Assembly: GCA_963743305.1 (NCBI GenBank)
Contig: CAVUPH010000014.1
Coordinates: forward strand, 96,001 to 160,000
Reading direction: 5' to 3'
DNA: 64,000 nt
From: an uncultured delta proteobacterium
GTDB lineage: Bacteria; Desulfobacterota; RBG-13-43-22
This document shows, in pieces, positions 11,075 through 21,078 of the stretch (the stretch's first letter is position 1; the number at the start of each line of letters is the position of its first letter). Under the pieces are notes generated by a model, which worked only from the letters and a program-made list of their open reading frames with translations, made no database searches and had not been told where the DNA came from. The position numbers were made by a program, and so were the translations under genes.

Positions 11075-11572
11075 CTATCCATTTTTTACCAGACCGCTGA
11101 AAATCTTACGAAGTGTCTTATCGTCTACCTGCTCAGGCAAGAAATCATCATATTCATCGTCAGAGTCCTCATCCGAAGGTGCTCCTTCCAGCCCTTCTGG
11201 TGGCTCGGCCAACTGGACGGGCAGAGTGCTGCCGTTTTCCTTGGCTACCCAATTGTGACGGCCGCTGAAATGGTCCAGATATTTCTGGCATTGATCGTGA
11301 TCTCCGACATAAGAGATAAACAGCGTTTCCCCCCGGCGAAAACAGATGGCCCGATAACCGTCACCCAGGTCGTATTTGAGACACCCTTCAATCCGCTTCT
11401 CTCCCCAGCCCGTCAACTTCCAGACTTTTTTTAAATCGGGGGGCCCGTTTCTGGTAAGGGCCGCTAAGAGTTCCTCGGCCTTTTGAGCCGCCGTAGCTCC
11501 TCTTTCCCCTCGTTCCCAGAGGTCTTCCAGTTCTTTCTCAAATCTTCTTTCCAAATGAATAAAACGGATCAT
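11075..11572 (-). CDS. Hypothetical protein with RelE-like N-domain and acidic tail
   Basis: RFEKEL...KYDLGDGYRAI...YVGDHD pattern; DEDSDDEYDD tail. Confidence 0.6.
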   Translation of the reverse strand: MIRFIHLERRFEKELEDLWERGERGATAAQKAEELLAALTRNGPPDLKKVWKLTGWGEKRIEGCLKYDLGDGYRAICFRRGETLFISYVGDHDQCQKYLDHFSGRHNWVAKENGSTLPVQLAEPPEGLEGAPSDEDSDDEYDDFLPEQVDDKTLRKIFSGLVKNG

Positions 11573-11669
11573 GTCTCATACCTTCTGCCCGAAGCAGGCA
11601 ACTGCGAATCATAAAAATAAGCTATTAAACCATCATTTCCTATGTAGCACTTTCTGGTTTTGACCGCAT

Positions 11670-12821
11670 CTAAACCCGGACTACTTCCAGAAAGGCTTCC
11701 ACCCGGGTTTTCAACTGTTCCACGTCCCAGGAGGAGTAATCCGATTCCAGATGCAAATAGGGAATTTGACCGTTCTTTCCCAAAAATTCCTGAAGCAGGT
11801 GGGCCTCGACGCTGTAGGTGAGACAACAGCGCCAAGTGAGATCCACAACGCCCTGGATTCCAAAATCCTTGATCAGTCTGGCGATGAGGTCAAACCGACC
11901 GGTATTGGGGGTCATACAGGAGCAGGGGATCTGGAGGTAATGCCGGGCGATGGCCCGGTAAGGATCTTCATCTGTTTCGTCGATCAGGCGATCGAAGCTT
12001 TTGATCCCGGTGCAATTTTCCTGGCAGACCACTATCCCCCCGGCTTCCTCGATCAGGCGGAGCACTTTCTCCGACCCCTTGCCCACCGGGCAGCCGGTCA
12101 GAAGAATTCGGGGGGCCTCCGGCGGAGCGACGGAAATTCCCTGGTTCTTCAACAGAGTGAGTTCTGCCAACAATTGATCCAGATGTTCGCCGTACGATCC
12201 CGGGTCCACGGCAAAGCCCTTGGATTCCATAACCGGCAACAGGTCCAGGCCGGTGATGGGAACGGTCTCTCCGGCGCACTGGTAAACGATTTCTTTTAAC
12301 CGCCGACGGATTTGATTGTTGATTCTAATCTGGTAGCGCAGACTCTCCCGATCGATGCGGTTCCCCGTCGTCTCTTCCAGATATTCCTTTAACCTGACCA
12401 ATTCTTCCTGCCAAAGGAGGGCAGCCACCAGGCCATCTGCGTTATAGGGAAGCTGCAACAGGAACAAGGGCTTTATCCGACCCAGCAGCTCGAACATCTT
12501 TTTCTTGCCATCGCAGGTGGTCTCCCCGATGAGATAATCCGAGGCGGCGAAAAAGGGGCAGGTATCCGTTACGGCGTACCCGTAGCTGGACTTGATCAAT
12601 GGGCAGAGATTGACCGGCAGGGTCTTCTCCGCCTCGGCAATCGGGGCCTCCTTCTTGCCGCAAAGCCCCACCGGTACGGCCCCGGCGGCCCGGACCAGCT
12701 CCGTCGGGGCAAAGGTGCAGTAGATCCCGAATACCTTTTGGCCCGACCTTCTGGCCGTATCCAAATCAAGTAAGCTTTGTTCGCCAAAGCGTTCAAAATA
12801 ATTCCAGGAGGCTGGTTTCAT
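11670..12821 (-). CDS. Double-cubane-cluster protein paralog (2-hydroxyacyl-CoA dehydratase family), short form
   Basis: GIYCTF, LPVNLCPLIKSS, GETTCDGKKK, QENCTG, PCSCMTPN, ESDYS...EQLKTRVEAF. Confidence 0.88.
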   Translation of the reverse strand: MKPASWNYFERFGEQSLLDLDTARRSGQKVFGIYCTFAPTELVRAAGAVPVGLCGKKEAPIAEAEKTLPVNLCPLIKSSYGYAVTDTCPFFAASDYLIGETTCDGKKKMFELLGRIKPLFLLQLPYNADGLVAALLWQEELVRLKEYLEETTGNRIDRESLRYQIRINNQIRRRLKEIVYQCAGETVPITGLDLLPVMESKGFAVDPGSYGEHLDQLLAELTLLKNQGISVAPPEAPRILLTGCPVGKGSEKVLRLIEEAGGIVVCQENCTGIKSFDRLIDETDEDPYRAIARHYLQIPCSCMTPNTGRFDLIARLIKDFGIQGVVDLTWRCCLTYSVEAHLLQEFLGKNGQIPYLHLESDYSSWDVEQLKTRVEAFLEVVRV

Positions 12822-12919
12822 TTAAATCCGGATTACAATTGGAATTTCAATCCTTGTTATTATTAAGGCCGGCATGAGCATATTGCTCTTTACATTCACT
12901 CTTTGTTTAATGCCAGTGA

Positions 12920-13099
12920 CTATTCCTTTTCCGAACAGCCGAATAAAGGGGAGGGCTTAAAACCGTCGGCGGGCTTCCCGGTTCGACCATGCAACATGAA
13001 TTCCCACAGTCGACTTTGAGCGGCCTCCTGGCCCTTTATTTTCTTCTTTGATCGATGTTTGGACTTTTGCGCGGCTCTTTGGTGTGGCTCATCTTTCAT
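12920..13099 (-). CDS. Small hypothetical protein (59 aa), possibly frameshifted
   Basis: AAAGGAGG RBS before ATG at 13099; open to TAG at 12920; below the ORF-track cutoff. Confidence 0.4.
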   Translation of the reverse strand: MKDEPHQRAAQKSKHRSKKKIKGQEAAQSRLWEFMLHGRTGKPADGFKPSPLFGCSEKE

Positions 13100-13194
13100 G
13101 TTTCTTTCCTCCTTTAAATTCCAGACCCTGGAATATTAAGCATCGTATTCAGGGGAAGGAGGCGGAAGACTGACCAAGGGACGTCAACTTTTTG

Positions 13195-13971
13195 TCAGGA
13201 GATGAGCTTTTCTTTTCCATAAAGGGCGGCTCCCAAAGCTCCGACCAGATCGGGTTTTTCAGGCACGATGAGCGGCGTTTTAGTTTCCTCTTCGATCAGC
13301 TCCCGAATACAGGGGTTATGGGCCACCCCCCCTGCAAACATCAGGGGAAATTCCTTTCCTACCCGCCCCAACATGGAGAGCGTCCGTTGCACGATGGCCA
13401 GGTGCAACCCCAGGGCGATGTTTTCCGGCCGCTCTCCCCTGGCCACCAGGGAGGTGGCCTCGCTTTCGGCAAAGACGGTGCACATGCTGCTGATTTTAAT
13501 CCGCCGATCGGCCCGCAAGGCGTAGTCCCCAAAGGATTCGATGGGAATCTGCAGGGCCGCGGCCATGAATTCCAGAAACTTGCCCGTGCCGGCGGCGCAG
13601 CGGTCGTTCATCTCAAATTTAGCCACCTTCCCCTGCCCGGAGAGGGAGATGACCTTGGTATCCTGACCGCCGATATCCAGGATGCTCCGAACTTCCGGAT
13701 GAAGGTGGTGCGCCCCCAAGGCATAAGCCTGAATTTCCGTAATGGTCGTGATTGGGAGATCGCCGTTCAGGGAATCGGCCAGAAGCTTGCGGCCGTATCC
13801 GGTGGCCACGATCCGATCAAGGGGGATATCCTCCATGATTTTCCGACATTGGCCCAGGGGATCAAAAGTCGTCGACACCTTGGCCTCATGGATCCTCTGA
13901 TCCCCCTGAAGGACCACCAGCTCGATGGACCGGGAACCGATGTCGATCCCGGCAATTATAATTTTATCCAT
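13195..13971 (-). CDS. Acyl-CoA dehydratase activase / DCCP reductase (BadF/BcrD ASKHA ATPase)
   Basis: GIDIGS, ATGYGR, DIGGQDTK, MNDRCAAGTG, SSMCTVFAESE. Confidence 0.93.
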   Translation of the reverse strand: MDKIIIAGIDIGSRSIELVVLQGDQRIHEAKVSTTFDPLGQCRKIMEDIPLDRIVATGYGRKLLADSLNGDLPITTITEIQAYALGAHHLHPEVRSILDIGGQDTKVISLSGQGKVAKFEMNDRCAAGTGKFLEFMAAALQIPIESFGDYALRADRRIKISSMCTVFAESEATSLVARGERPENIALGLHLAIVQRTLSMLGRVGKEFPLMFAGGVAHNPCIRELIEEETKTPLIVPEKPDLVGALGAALYGKEKLIS

Positions 13972-15822
13972 TTAGAAAGGTTCTTCCGTGCCCTTATTTG
14001 CTTTATAGCGTTTATGGAAAAGGGGGATCAGCGACACCAGAACGATCAGGCTCACCCCTAGAATAAATCCTCCCGAAATCCTGCCTCGTATGACGTCCAG
14101 CAGGGAGCTTGAAAAAACGACGAAAGCGATACAGGCCGGCAACATGCAGAAAAAGGTAGTCAAGGCGTAATGAGCAAACTTGATTTTGGTAAGACCGAAG
14201 GCGTAATTCAGGAGGTTGAAGGGAAAGGCGGGGATCAGCCGGGTGAAGGCCACCACCTTCCAACCCTGTCGCTCAACCGCTTCATCGAGTCTGCGCCACC
14301 GGGGACTCCGAAGTTTGCCTGCAATCCAACCCCTGGCCAGGTAGCGGGAGACGAGAAAAGCCACGCTGGCTCCGAGGGTCGAACCGATGATGGTATACAC
14401 CACACCCCAGAACGGGCCGAAAAGGATTCCCCCCACGATGGTAATGGGAAGCCCTGGAAGGAAAAACGCCGGGGCTGTAGTATAAATCAGCATATAAATG
14501 ATCGGCGCCAGTGCACCATATCCTGCAATAAGTCCTCTCAGAGCTTCCTGGTTCAAATATTTTGTGGCGCCGGTGACGCGGATGGTCACAATGGCGGCAA
14601 CGATCAAACCCAGGATGGCCAGCCGAATGAACATTCCTGACTTCTTCGCTTTTTCTCCTGCCCAAAAGGACCTTTCACGGGTCGTCGCCGCTTTGACCTC
14701 CTTTTGGAAACGTTTTTTTAGTCGAGTCCGGTTAAAATAGGTGATGGGAGCGCCTGAAACCTTCGCCTTGCCTGCCAGGGCGGCCTCCGGTTCATAAAGG
14801 AGATCGAGCACATGGCTCGTTGGCGTTTTCCTGTTCAAGTAGCCGGCGCAGCCGGCGCAACAGGTGATAATCCTTTTTTGTTCCGCTTCTGTTTTTCGGA
14901 TCTCTCCCCATTTCTCTGAAAACGATGGCGCAACGCACCCCACTGAGCCCCCTTCACCACAGCAAAGGGTTAATTTGCCGTTGTGAGACATCTCTTCAAT
15001 CTCAAGACCTTTCCGGCGAACCAACTCCCGCAGCGCAGCGTGCACCTTTTCCTCGGAGCGAACCGCGCACGGATCATGAACCCTCACAACGCCGCTGAGT
15101 TTCCGGCCCGAGTGGGCGCCGTCATCGGCCAGGATTTCGTACACGGTCTTGACCTGCAACTCGCCGCCGTAATTTAAGAAGATCTTGTGACAGTTTGGAC
15201 AGGCCACCAGGACCTGTCGTACTCCCTTTCCAAGAAGATAGGATTTCATCTCATTGAACATGGACTGAAAGAACTTCTCCCGGCCCAGGTCGTGGGAGAT
15301 CTTTGTGCAGCAGTCGAGCACAATTCCCAGGGAGGGCATCCGGTTCTTCAACTCCTGATAGAGGGCGTAGGTCTTATCCGGCCTCGTGCCCGGCAAGGTG
15401 CATCCGGGGAAAAAGACCGTATCACAGCCTTCCGGCAGCCCATAAAAGCTGTACTTCTTTGAGGTCCCCCTTTTTTCGTAGGCCAGAAGTCCTCCATGCT
15501 CGCCAAAGGATCCGTTGCCTCGGTCCACGGTTTCACACCGCATTTGCAGGAACATGTCCGCCGGCGTTGCCCCGACAGGGCAGACGGCCTGACAGAGCTG
15601 ACAGAGGCTGCACTCAAAAGGCATCCCCTGGTGGCCCTGATCCGATGGGTCATAGACATCCGCGATCTCTTTGGGCTTCCCGTACTTACGCAGGAAGGCA
15701 CACTCCTTTTGGCAGAGCTGGCAGTTGATGCATGTCTCCGAGACCGCCTTTAGCGTGGCACGGAGCGACTCCCGGACTTCAAGCTTCGATACATCCCTCG
15801 GCTGAAGTTTCTCTTTTGCCAT
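13972..15822 (-). CDS. (Fe-S)-binding CCG-domain protein fused to TVP38/TMEM64 (VTT/DedA) membrane domain
   Basis: CINCQLCQKEC, CSLCQLCQAVCP, FFPGC, HDPC, CCGEGG; C-terminal RLIPAFPFNLLNYAFGLT. Confidence 0.88.
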   Translation of the reverse strand: MAKEKLQPRDVSKLEVRESLRATLKAVSETCINCQLCQKECAFLRKYGKPKEIADVYDPSDQGHQGMPFECSLCQLCQAVCPVGATPADMFLQMRCETVDRGNGSFGEHGGLLAYEKRGTSKKYSFYGLPEGCDTVFFPGCTLPGTRPDKTYALYQELKNRMPSLGIVLDCCTKISHDLGREKFFQSMFNEMKSYLLGKGVRQVLVACPNCHKIFLNYGGELQVKTVYEILADDGAHSGRKLSGVVRVHDPCAVRSEEKVHAALRELVRRKGLEIEEMSHNGKLTLCCGEGGSVGCVAPSFSEKWGEIRKTEAEQKRIITCCAGCAGYLNRKTPTSHVLDLLYEPEAALAGKAKVSGAPITYFNRTRLKKRFQKEVKAATTRERSFWAGEKAKKSGMFIRLAILGLIVAAIVTIRVTGATKYLNQEALRGLIAGYGALAPIIYMLIYTTAPAFFLPGLPITIVGGILFGPFWGVVYTIIGSTLGASVAFLVSRYLARGWIAGKLRSPRWRRLDEAVERQGWKVVAFTRLIPAFPFNLLNYAFGLTKIKFAHYALTTFFCMLPACIAFVVFSSSLLDVIRGRISGGFILGVSLIVLVSLIPLFHKRYKANKGTEEPF

Positions 15823-15871
15823 TTGCGTTGATCTTCCTCCAAAAACTCAACTCCGAAAATGCAGAATTTGC

Positions 15872-16201
15872 TTAGAGCGTAATCGCCTGATCGACCCCCA
15901 CCTGACCCAAAGCCTTATAGAGATCAGGAAAGCAGCCCAGCGCAGCGCCAGCGACCAGGTTCTCCGTTTTTGCCGTTCGTAGGCACCTGATCACAGGCCA
16001 TCAAGAGCATTCCGCTCTGCCTCGCAATCATGGAAAGACGCTCCCCGACAGCATTCCCTTTGACCAGCATGAAGGTATTGTCGACGAGAAAAACATCCCC
16101 ATCACATCCGCACCATGGGTCCCTTTCTCGAGCTGCGGGACGATCATTTTGCTTAAAATGGTGTGTGAATTGGATGATGAGAAAATGTAGGCCACTTTCA
16201 T
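15872..16201 (-). pseudogene. DsrE-related (SaoD-like) protein with three 1-nt frameshifts
   Basis: Stitched frames: MKVAYIFSS...MIVPQLEKGTHGADVMGMFF / VDNTFMLVKGNAVGERL...LLMACDQ / AYER / NLVAGAALGCFPDLYKAL...DQAITL*; RBS AAGGAG. Confidence 0.75.
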
Positions 16202-16221
16202 AATCTGGCTCCTTAGTATTT

Positions 16222-17499
16222 TTAATTTTTGACCATCTCCACAAAGGCCTCCACCCGAGTCTTGAGCTGCTCCACGTCCTCCATACTGTAATCGGTTTCG
16301 ATGGCCAGCATGGGGATCTGGGCTTTTTGCAGGGCCTTATCCACCTTGAAAGACTCGATGGTGTAGGGCTGGCAAAAATTAAGGGCGAAGTGGATGACCC
16401 CGTCGGCTTTCAGTTCCTTGGCCATCTGGACCACGTGCTCCATCCGTTCCGTATTGGGGGTGAAACAGGCGCAGTCGATGCGCATATACCGGTCGATAAC
16501 GGCCTCCAGCATTTCCTCCACGGTTTCTCCCTTTTCCTCCACCAGGTCCCGGATGTTGCGGGTGCCGATACAGGACTCTTCCCCTACTACCACGGCGCCG
16601 GAAGATTCGATGACAAAGGGTAGCTTCCAGTTGGGGATGGCCATAGGGCAGCCGGACAGCATCAGGCGGGGCGTCCCCTCAGGGACCACCCCCTCTTTGG
16701 CTTTGACGCGGGTTTCGATCTCATCACAAAGTTTGTTGATGCTTTCGGTGAAGCGCACCGGGTCGTCATAGAAACTGACCTGGTTGATCAGCAGGACGTC
16801 CCGCCCCGAAATGGGGGTGGGCACGGCCGCCCGCAGGGTATTGAGGCGCTGCAGTGCCCGCCTCCGGGCATTGACCGTCCGGATGGCTTCTTTTAGCTTA
16901 GAGGCCGTGATCTTCCCGCCGGTGATTTCCTCGATTTTATCTTTGAAACGATAAACCTCGGTTTTCCACAAGTCCCGGTCACAGGCGTTTTTCATCTGGG
17001 GAATTTCCATGACATAGACCGGGGCGTATTCCTCAAAAATTTCATAGGCCTTTTTCTTGCCGTCGCAGGTGGTTTCTCCCACCACCAGGTCGCAGGACTC
17101 GATATAGGGACAGAGGCGGGAGAGCTTGAAACCCACAAAGGACTTGATCAAAGCGCAGGTGTTGCGGGGCAGGATTTTCTCGGCCGACTCGGTGCCGGCC
17201 TCGGCGCCGGCGCAGAGACCCACCTGAACGGCATCGGCGGCCAGGACGATTTCTTCGGGCACAAAAACACAAAAGGTGCCGATGATTTTCTTCCCTTGGG
17301 CCTTAGCGTCCTGGAGTTCCTTGATCCGCAGGCCGTGGACCTCCGAGAGGACAAAGTCCAGGTACTCCATGCCCTTGAGCCGTCCCGACTGGCTCATGTA
17401 GATGTCGCCGTAAAATTTTCCCAATACTTCCAGCAGCCCGGCATGTGCTTCCAGGTCCAGATTCAGTTTTTCCCACATTTCGTCATGAGGTGTTGCCAT
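16222..17499 (-). CDS. Double-cubane-cluster-containing anaerobic reductase (DCCP)
   Basis: GTFCVFVPEE, LPRNTCALIKS, GETTCDGKKK, EESCIG, DCACFTPN, FCQPY, ETDYS. Confidence 0.92.
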   Translation of the reverse strand: MATPHDEMWEKLNLDLEAHAGLLEVLGKFYGDIYMSQSGRLKGMEYLDFVLSEVHGLRIKELQDAKAQGKKIIGTFCVFVPEEIVLAADAVQVGLCAGAEAGTESAEKILPRNTCALIKSFVGFKLSRLCPYIESCDLVVGETTCDGKKKAYEIFEEYAPVYVMEIPQMKNACDRDLWKTEVYRFKDKIEEITGGKITASKLKEAIRTVNARRRALQRLNTLRAAVPTPISGRDVLLINQVSFYDDPVRFTESINKLCDEIETRVKAKEGVVPEGTPRLMLSGCPMAIPNWKLPFVIESSGAVVVGEESCIGTRNIRDLVEEKGETVEEMLEAVIDRYMRIDCACFTPNTERMEHVVQMAKELKADGVIHFALNFCQPYTIESFKVDKALQKAQIPMLAIETDYSMEDVEQLKTRVEAFVEMVKN

Positions 17500-17575
17500 A
17501 TCGTCTCCTTTGAAAATTTCATTACTGATAACCCCCGACCTTGTCAGGGGCCCCGAAAGCTAGACTTTCGGTGGT

Positions 17576-17785
17576 CTAAGGCTTAACCGGCAGCACGTGA
17601 ACCGCCTTGATGATCAGTTGCACCTCATCTCCGATCTTTAAGTCGAGGTCTTCAACGGATTCGGTGGTTAAGACCGACGCCATTTCAGACGGCTTGGTGA
17701 CCTTGTATTTCACCAGGGCCATGACGTCCCCTTTTTTGATGGATTTGACCTTGGCCGCAATCTTGTTTCGCGCTCCGTATTCCAT
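17576..17785 (-). CDS. TOBE/molbindin (Mop-like) molybdate/tungstate-binding protein
   Basis: GARNKI...SVLTTESVEDLDLKIGD...IIKA. Confidence 0.9.
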   Translation of the reverse strand: MEYGARNKIAAKVKSIKKGDVMALVKYKVTKPSEMASVLTTESVEDLDLKIGDEVQLIIKAVHVLPVKP

Positions 17786-17812
17786 GTGGTTCCCCTTTCA
17801 TTCAAAGATTGA

Positions 17813-18550
17813 TTAAGATAGGTTTTTCCCTAAACTGTAGATCAGAATGAGCCCCCCCTGTCGGGGGAGTTTCTCGGCCTTTCCTTTGAATTGGGAGTTG
17901 GGTGATATCATCCTTTTGAAGGAGCTGATGGCCGGATAAGCGGCGTTGCTGGTGATCCCGATGGGGCAGCTTTCCAGGCAGGTAAGGCAGCCGGTCTGCT
18001 CTTCCACGGCCCGCTGCCGGTTGCCGCCGAAGCGGATCCGGAAGCCCTTCCCGGAGGAATCTTCTAGGATGTCATTTAGACCCAGGATTTGGTTTTGTCC
18101 CGGAATGACCACGGTTACCGTCAGGTCTTCCCCTGAACCGTTTCTCCGGAACTGCGGAGGGTCAGGTTGTTTCCCGGCCTGGCGCCGATCTGAAGCAGGG
18201 CATCGTGAAATTCCTGAGGCGTGCAGAAGGCTTGGAGGATGGCTTTGTCTCTTAATTTCCCGCCCTGAAAAACAACCCCCCAGTGGGGGTTGGATTGGTT
18301 GAGGGATTTAGGATTGACCTCGGCATAGATTAGGACCCGCTTGTTTATTGAATCAACCCGGAGGGGTTCGGTGCGGGAGGGGAGAGGGACCTGTCCGGTC
18401 CGAAGCCGGGACCTGTCCCGTCCAGGAGAAGATCAGGGTTGCGACCACCCCGACCGTGAGGGCTTTCAAGCGATGAAGGGGCCATGGCTGAAGCCCTTTA
18501 ATCGTTGGCAGGATGGTCGGGTTGTCAGTTCGTTGCAGAAAGATTTTCAT
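17813..18550 (-). CDS. YdjY-domain exported protein, two compensating frameshifts (~18375 and ~18130)
   Basis: Stitched: signal-like N-terminus / VLIYAEVN...HWGVVFQGG...FHDALLQIGARPGNNL / IRFGGN...TGCLTCLESCPIGITSN. Confidence 0.75.
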
Positions 18551-18735
18551 GAGTTTTGGCAGCTAAATAGCTTTGAGGCTCCCTCTCATCACAGCTGCTC
18601 TCCCCCGTGGGGGCGAGGGAGTCCCAGGGAAAAGCCCTGACCGTTAAACTTGAGCGAGTAATCGAGTAATACTGATCAAGGTGGACAGGTATAAACCACT
18701 CCCGAAAGACAAGGCTTCGAGCAAAAATCGGAATT

Positions 18736-19251
18736 CTACTTCACCTTGCCTACCGGGTAGCCCGCTTCATCCCAGGCCTTGATGCCGCCGGGGTAGCGAT
18801 AGACGTTCTTGTATCCCAGCTTGACGGCCCACATAGCTCCGTTGTGGCTGCGGGTGCACTTGGTGAAGCCGCAGTAGATGACGATCAGCTTATCTTTGTC
18901 CGGGCCGAGAAGCTTTTCAAAGGCCGCTTTTTTCTGATCATCCAGGCTGGTCATTTCAGGGATGGGAAATTCCATTTGCACCGCCCCCGGAATGTGCTGC
19001 TTTTTATAGCTGTCCTCGAAGGGCATCGTATCGACAATGATCATGTCTTTCTTCTGGTCTATCCAGCCTTTCAGTTCCTCCGTGGAGACAATTTTATAGC
19101 CTCCACGGGCTACTTCCCGGGCAAAGTTGACGGCGATCTTCTCAGTATCCATTTCCTTGCTGCCCCAGGCGGCCAATACCGGACTGGATAGTAGTAAAAC
19201 TGAAACCAGGACTAATAGGCTTATCGTTATAACACCGCTTACTCTTTTCAT
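18736..19251 (-). CDS. Exported rhodanese-domain protein
   Basis: Signal peptide; HIPGA, YCGFTKCTRS, YPGGIKAW. Confidence 0.9.
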   Translation of the reverse strand: MKRVSGVITISLLVLVSVLLLSSPVLAAWGSKEMDTEKIAVNFAREVARGGYKIVSTEELKGWIDQKKDMIIVDTMPFEDSYKKQHIPGAVQMEFPIPEMTSLDDQKKAAFEKLLGPDKDKLIVIYCGFTKCTRSHNGAMWAVKLGYKNVYRYPGGIKAWDEAGYPVGKVK

Positions 19252-19267
19252 GTCTGCTTTTTCCTCC

Positions 19268-19780
19268 TTATAGGGTTAGTTTGATTTTTGCCCAAAAGGG
19301 CAGATTCTGGTTGAAGTCCTTCCGGACCCAACGGGACAAATAGAGGTAAATCACCCCCCCGATCAGGATCAGGTCCCGGTAAAAAGCCTGCCAAAGGCCG
19401 GCCTGGACCTGAAGCTCCTCCGGGGAAAAGCAGCCGCAATCCACATCCAGGTCATTCAAAATGCCGTACCAGAGGACCCAGATGAAGAAAAGAAGCAGGG
19501 CAGAAATCAGGCTCAGGCTTCCGCGAACCGCAAAGATCAGGCCCACGGCCCCCAGGATTTCCACTATAGGCAGCCCGATGGCCAGGACCGGCAACAGGAA
19601 ATCCGGGGCCAGGTCATATTGGGAAATGGATCGGGCGAAGGCCTTGGGGTCCATCAGTTTGACCGTCCCGGCATAGAGGAAAACCAGGGCCAATCCCCAG
19701 CGGACTATCCGGGAGGGCCATCGAGAAAAAATCAGGTCCGCTGATCTCTGAATCCCCTTTCGATTTTCCCCCCCAATCAT
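19268..19780 (-). CDS. MauE/DoxX-family redox-associated membrane protein
   Basis: FLYAGTVKLMDP, LPIVE, DVDCGCF. Confidence 0.88.
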   Translation of the reverse strand: MIGGENRKGIQRSADLIFSRWPSRIVRWGLALVFLYAGTVKLMDPKAFARSISQYDLAPDFLLPVLAIGLPIVEILGAVGLIFAVRGSLSLISALLLFFIWVLWYGILNDLDVDCGCFSPEELQVQAGLWQAFYRDLILIGGVIYLYLSRWVRKDFNQNLPFWAKIKLTL

Positions 19781-20327
19781 CGGGAGGATTCTTGATCAAG
19801 TTAACTAATATGTCAAATAGGTAATATTGATGATTGCTTTGATTGGCATAGGTAGAAATAATGGATAGGGAACATTTCGAGGGTCGTCCAGTTCCGACTG
19901 CGGAAAAATATTACGTTCTTGAATTGGACTGGGGAGGTTAAAGAAAAAGGCTGATTCGCTCTTTTGGAAGTGTTTAGGTACAGGCAATTGTATCGTCATC
20001 AGGCCAAGCCATTATGGGGGACACCACTATTCCTCTAGCCCGAATACTCAGGTCTGAGACTTCGTTTCACTCAGGGTCGACAGGAGTGCGAGATGGCCGT
20101 TTTTGTCACCCATGAACCCTGTCAGCAGGCGGGGTAGACTGCCGTGAAGGATCTCCTCCATACCAAATTTGGATTAATCTGTCCGAAAAATTTGGCTTAG
20201 GGATATTATTTTAACGGATCGTCAGGGGTGCCCCAGGGAGAATCTCGATTCTCAGTAAAGGTTGTCCAGGTGCCGCCTTCGTCAACCGCCACCCTATTAT
20301 CCACTGACTTTTATCCGCAGACCCTCT

Positions 20328-21078
20328 TCACATCTTTTTCTTCAATTGATCGGCCACGGCTTGGGCCGCCTTTTTCACCGCCTCCTCGTCCCCCAGGTAA
20401 TAATTGCGGATCGGTCGAAGATCTTGATCCAGTTCATAGACCAGGGGGATGCCGGTGGGGATATTAAGTCCCACGATCTCCTCCTCCTTAATATTATCCA
20501 GATATTTCACCAGCGCCCGGAGGCTATTGCCGTGGGCGGTGACCAGTACCCGTTTCCCGGCTTTGACGGACGGCCCAATCGTACCCTGCCAATAGGGCAG
20601 AAACCGCTCCACCGTATCCTTGAGGCATTCGGTCAAGCGGGAGTTCCTCCGGACTCAGATCGGCGTAGCGCGGGTCTTTCCCCGGATAACGGGGATCATC
20701 CGCCGTCAAGGCCGGGGGACGGGTGTCGTAACTCCGCCGCCAGATTTTGACCTGGTCCATCCCGAATTTATCCGCGGTCTCGGCCTTGTTCAAGCCCTGG
20801 AGGGCGCCATAGTGCCGTTCGTTCAATCGCCAGTGCCGGATGACGGGTATCCACATCAGGTCCATCTCATCCATCACGATCCATAAGGTCCGGATGGCTC
20901 GCTTCAAGACCGAAGTGTAGGCCAGGTCGAAGGTGTACCCCTGTTCTTTGAGAATCCTCCCGGCCTCTCGGGCCTCCGCCACGCCTTTTTCCGAAAGGTC
21001 CACATCCGTCCAGCCGGTAAAAAGATTCTCTTTGTTCCAGACGCTCTCTCCATGACGCAGCAACACTACCTTATACAT
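20328..21078 (-). CDS. gpmA: 2,3-BPG-dependent phosphoglycerate mutase (one frameshift near 20636)
   Basis: [33 protein letters not shown]; removing 1 nt gives 249 aa. Confidence 0.95.

Noticed and set aside
18121-18355. UGA codons in ydjY as Sec codons
   Set aside because: Homology continues in shifted frames, so these stops result from indels.
17786-20000. Moco/Wco riboswitch or ModE box near the TOBE gene
   Set aside because: No recognisable consensus by eye; most of the apparent intergenic space is the frameshifted ydjY.
20040-20160. Degenerate REP-like pair
   Set aside because: Too degraded to delimit confidently.
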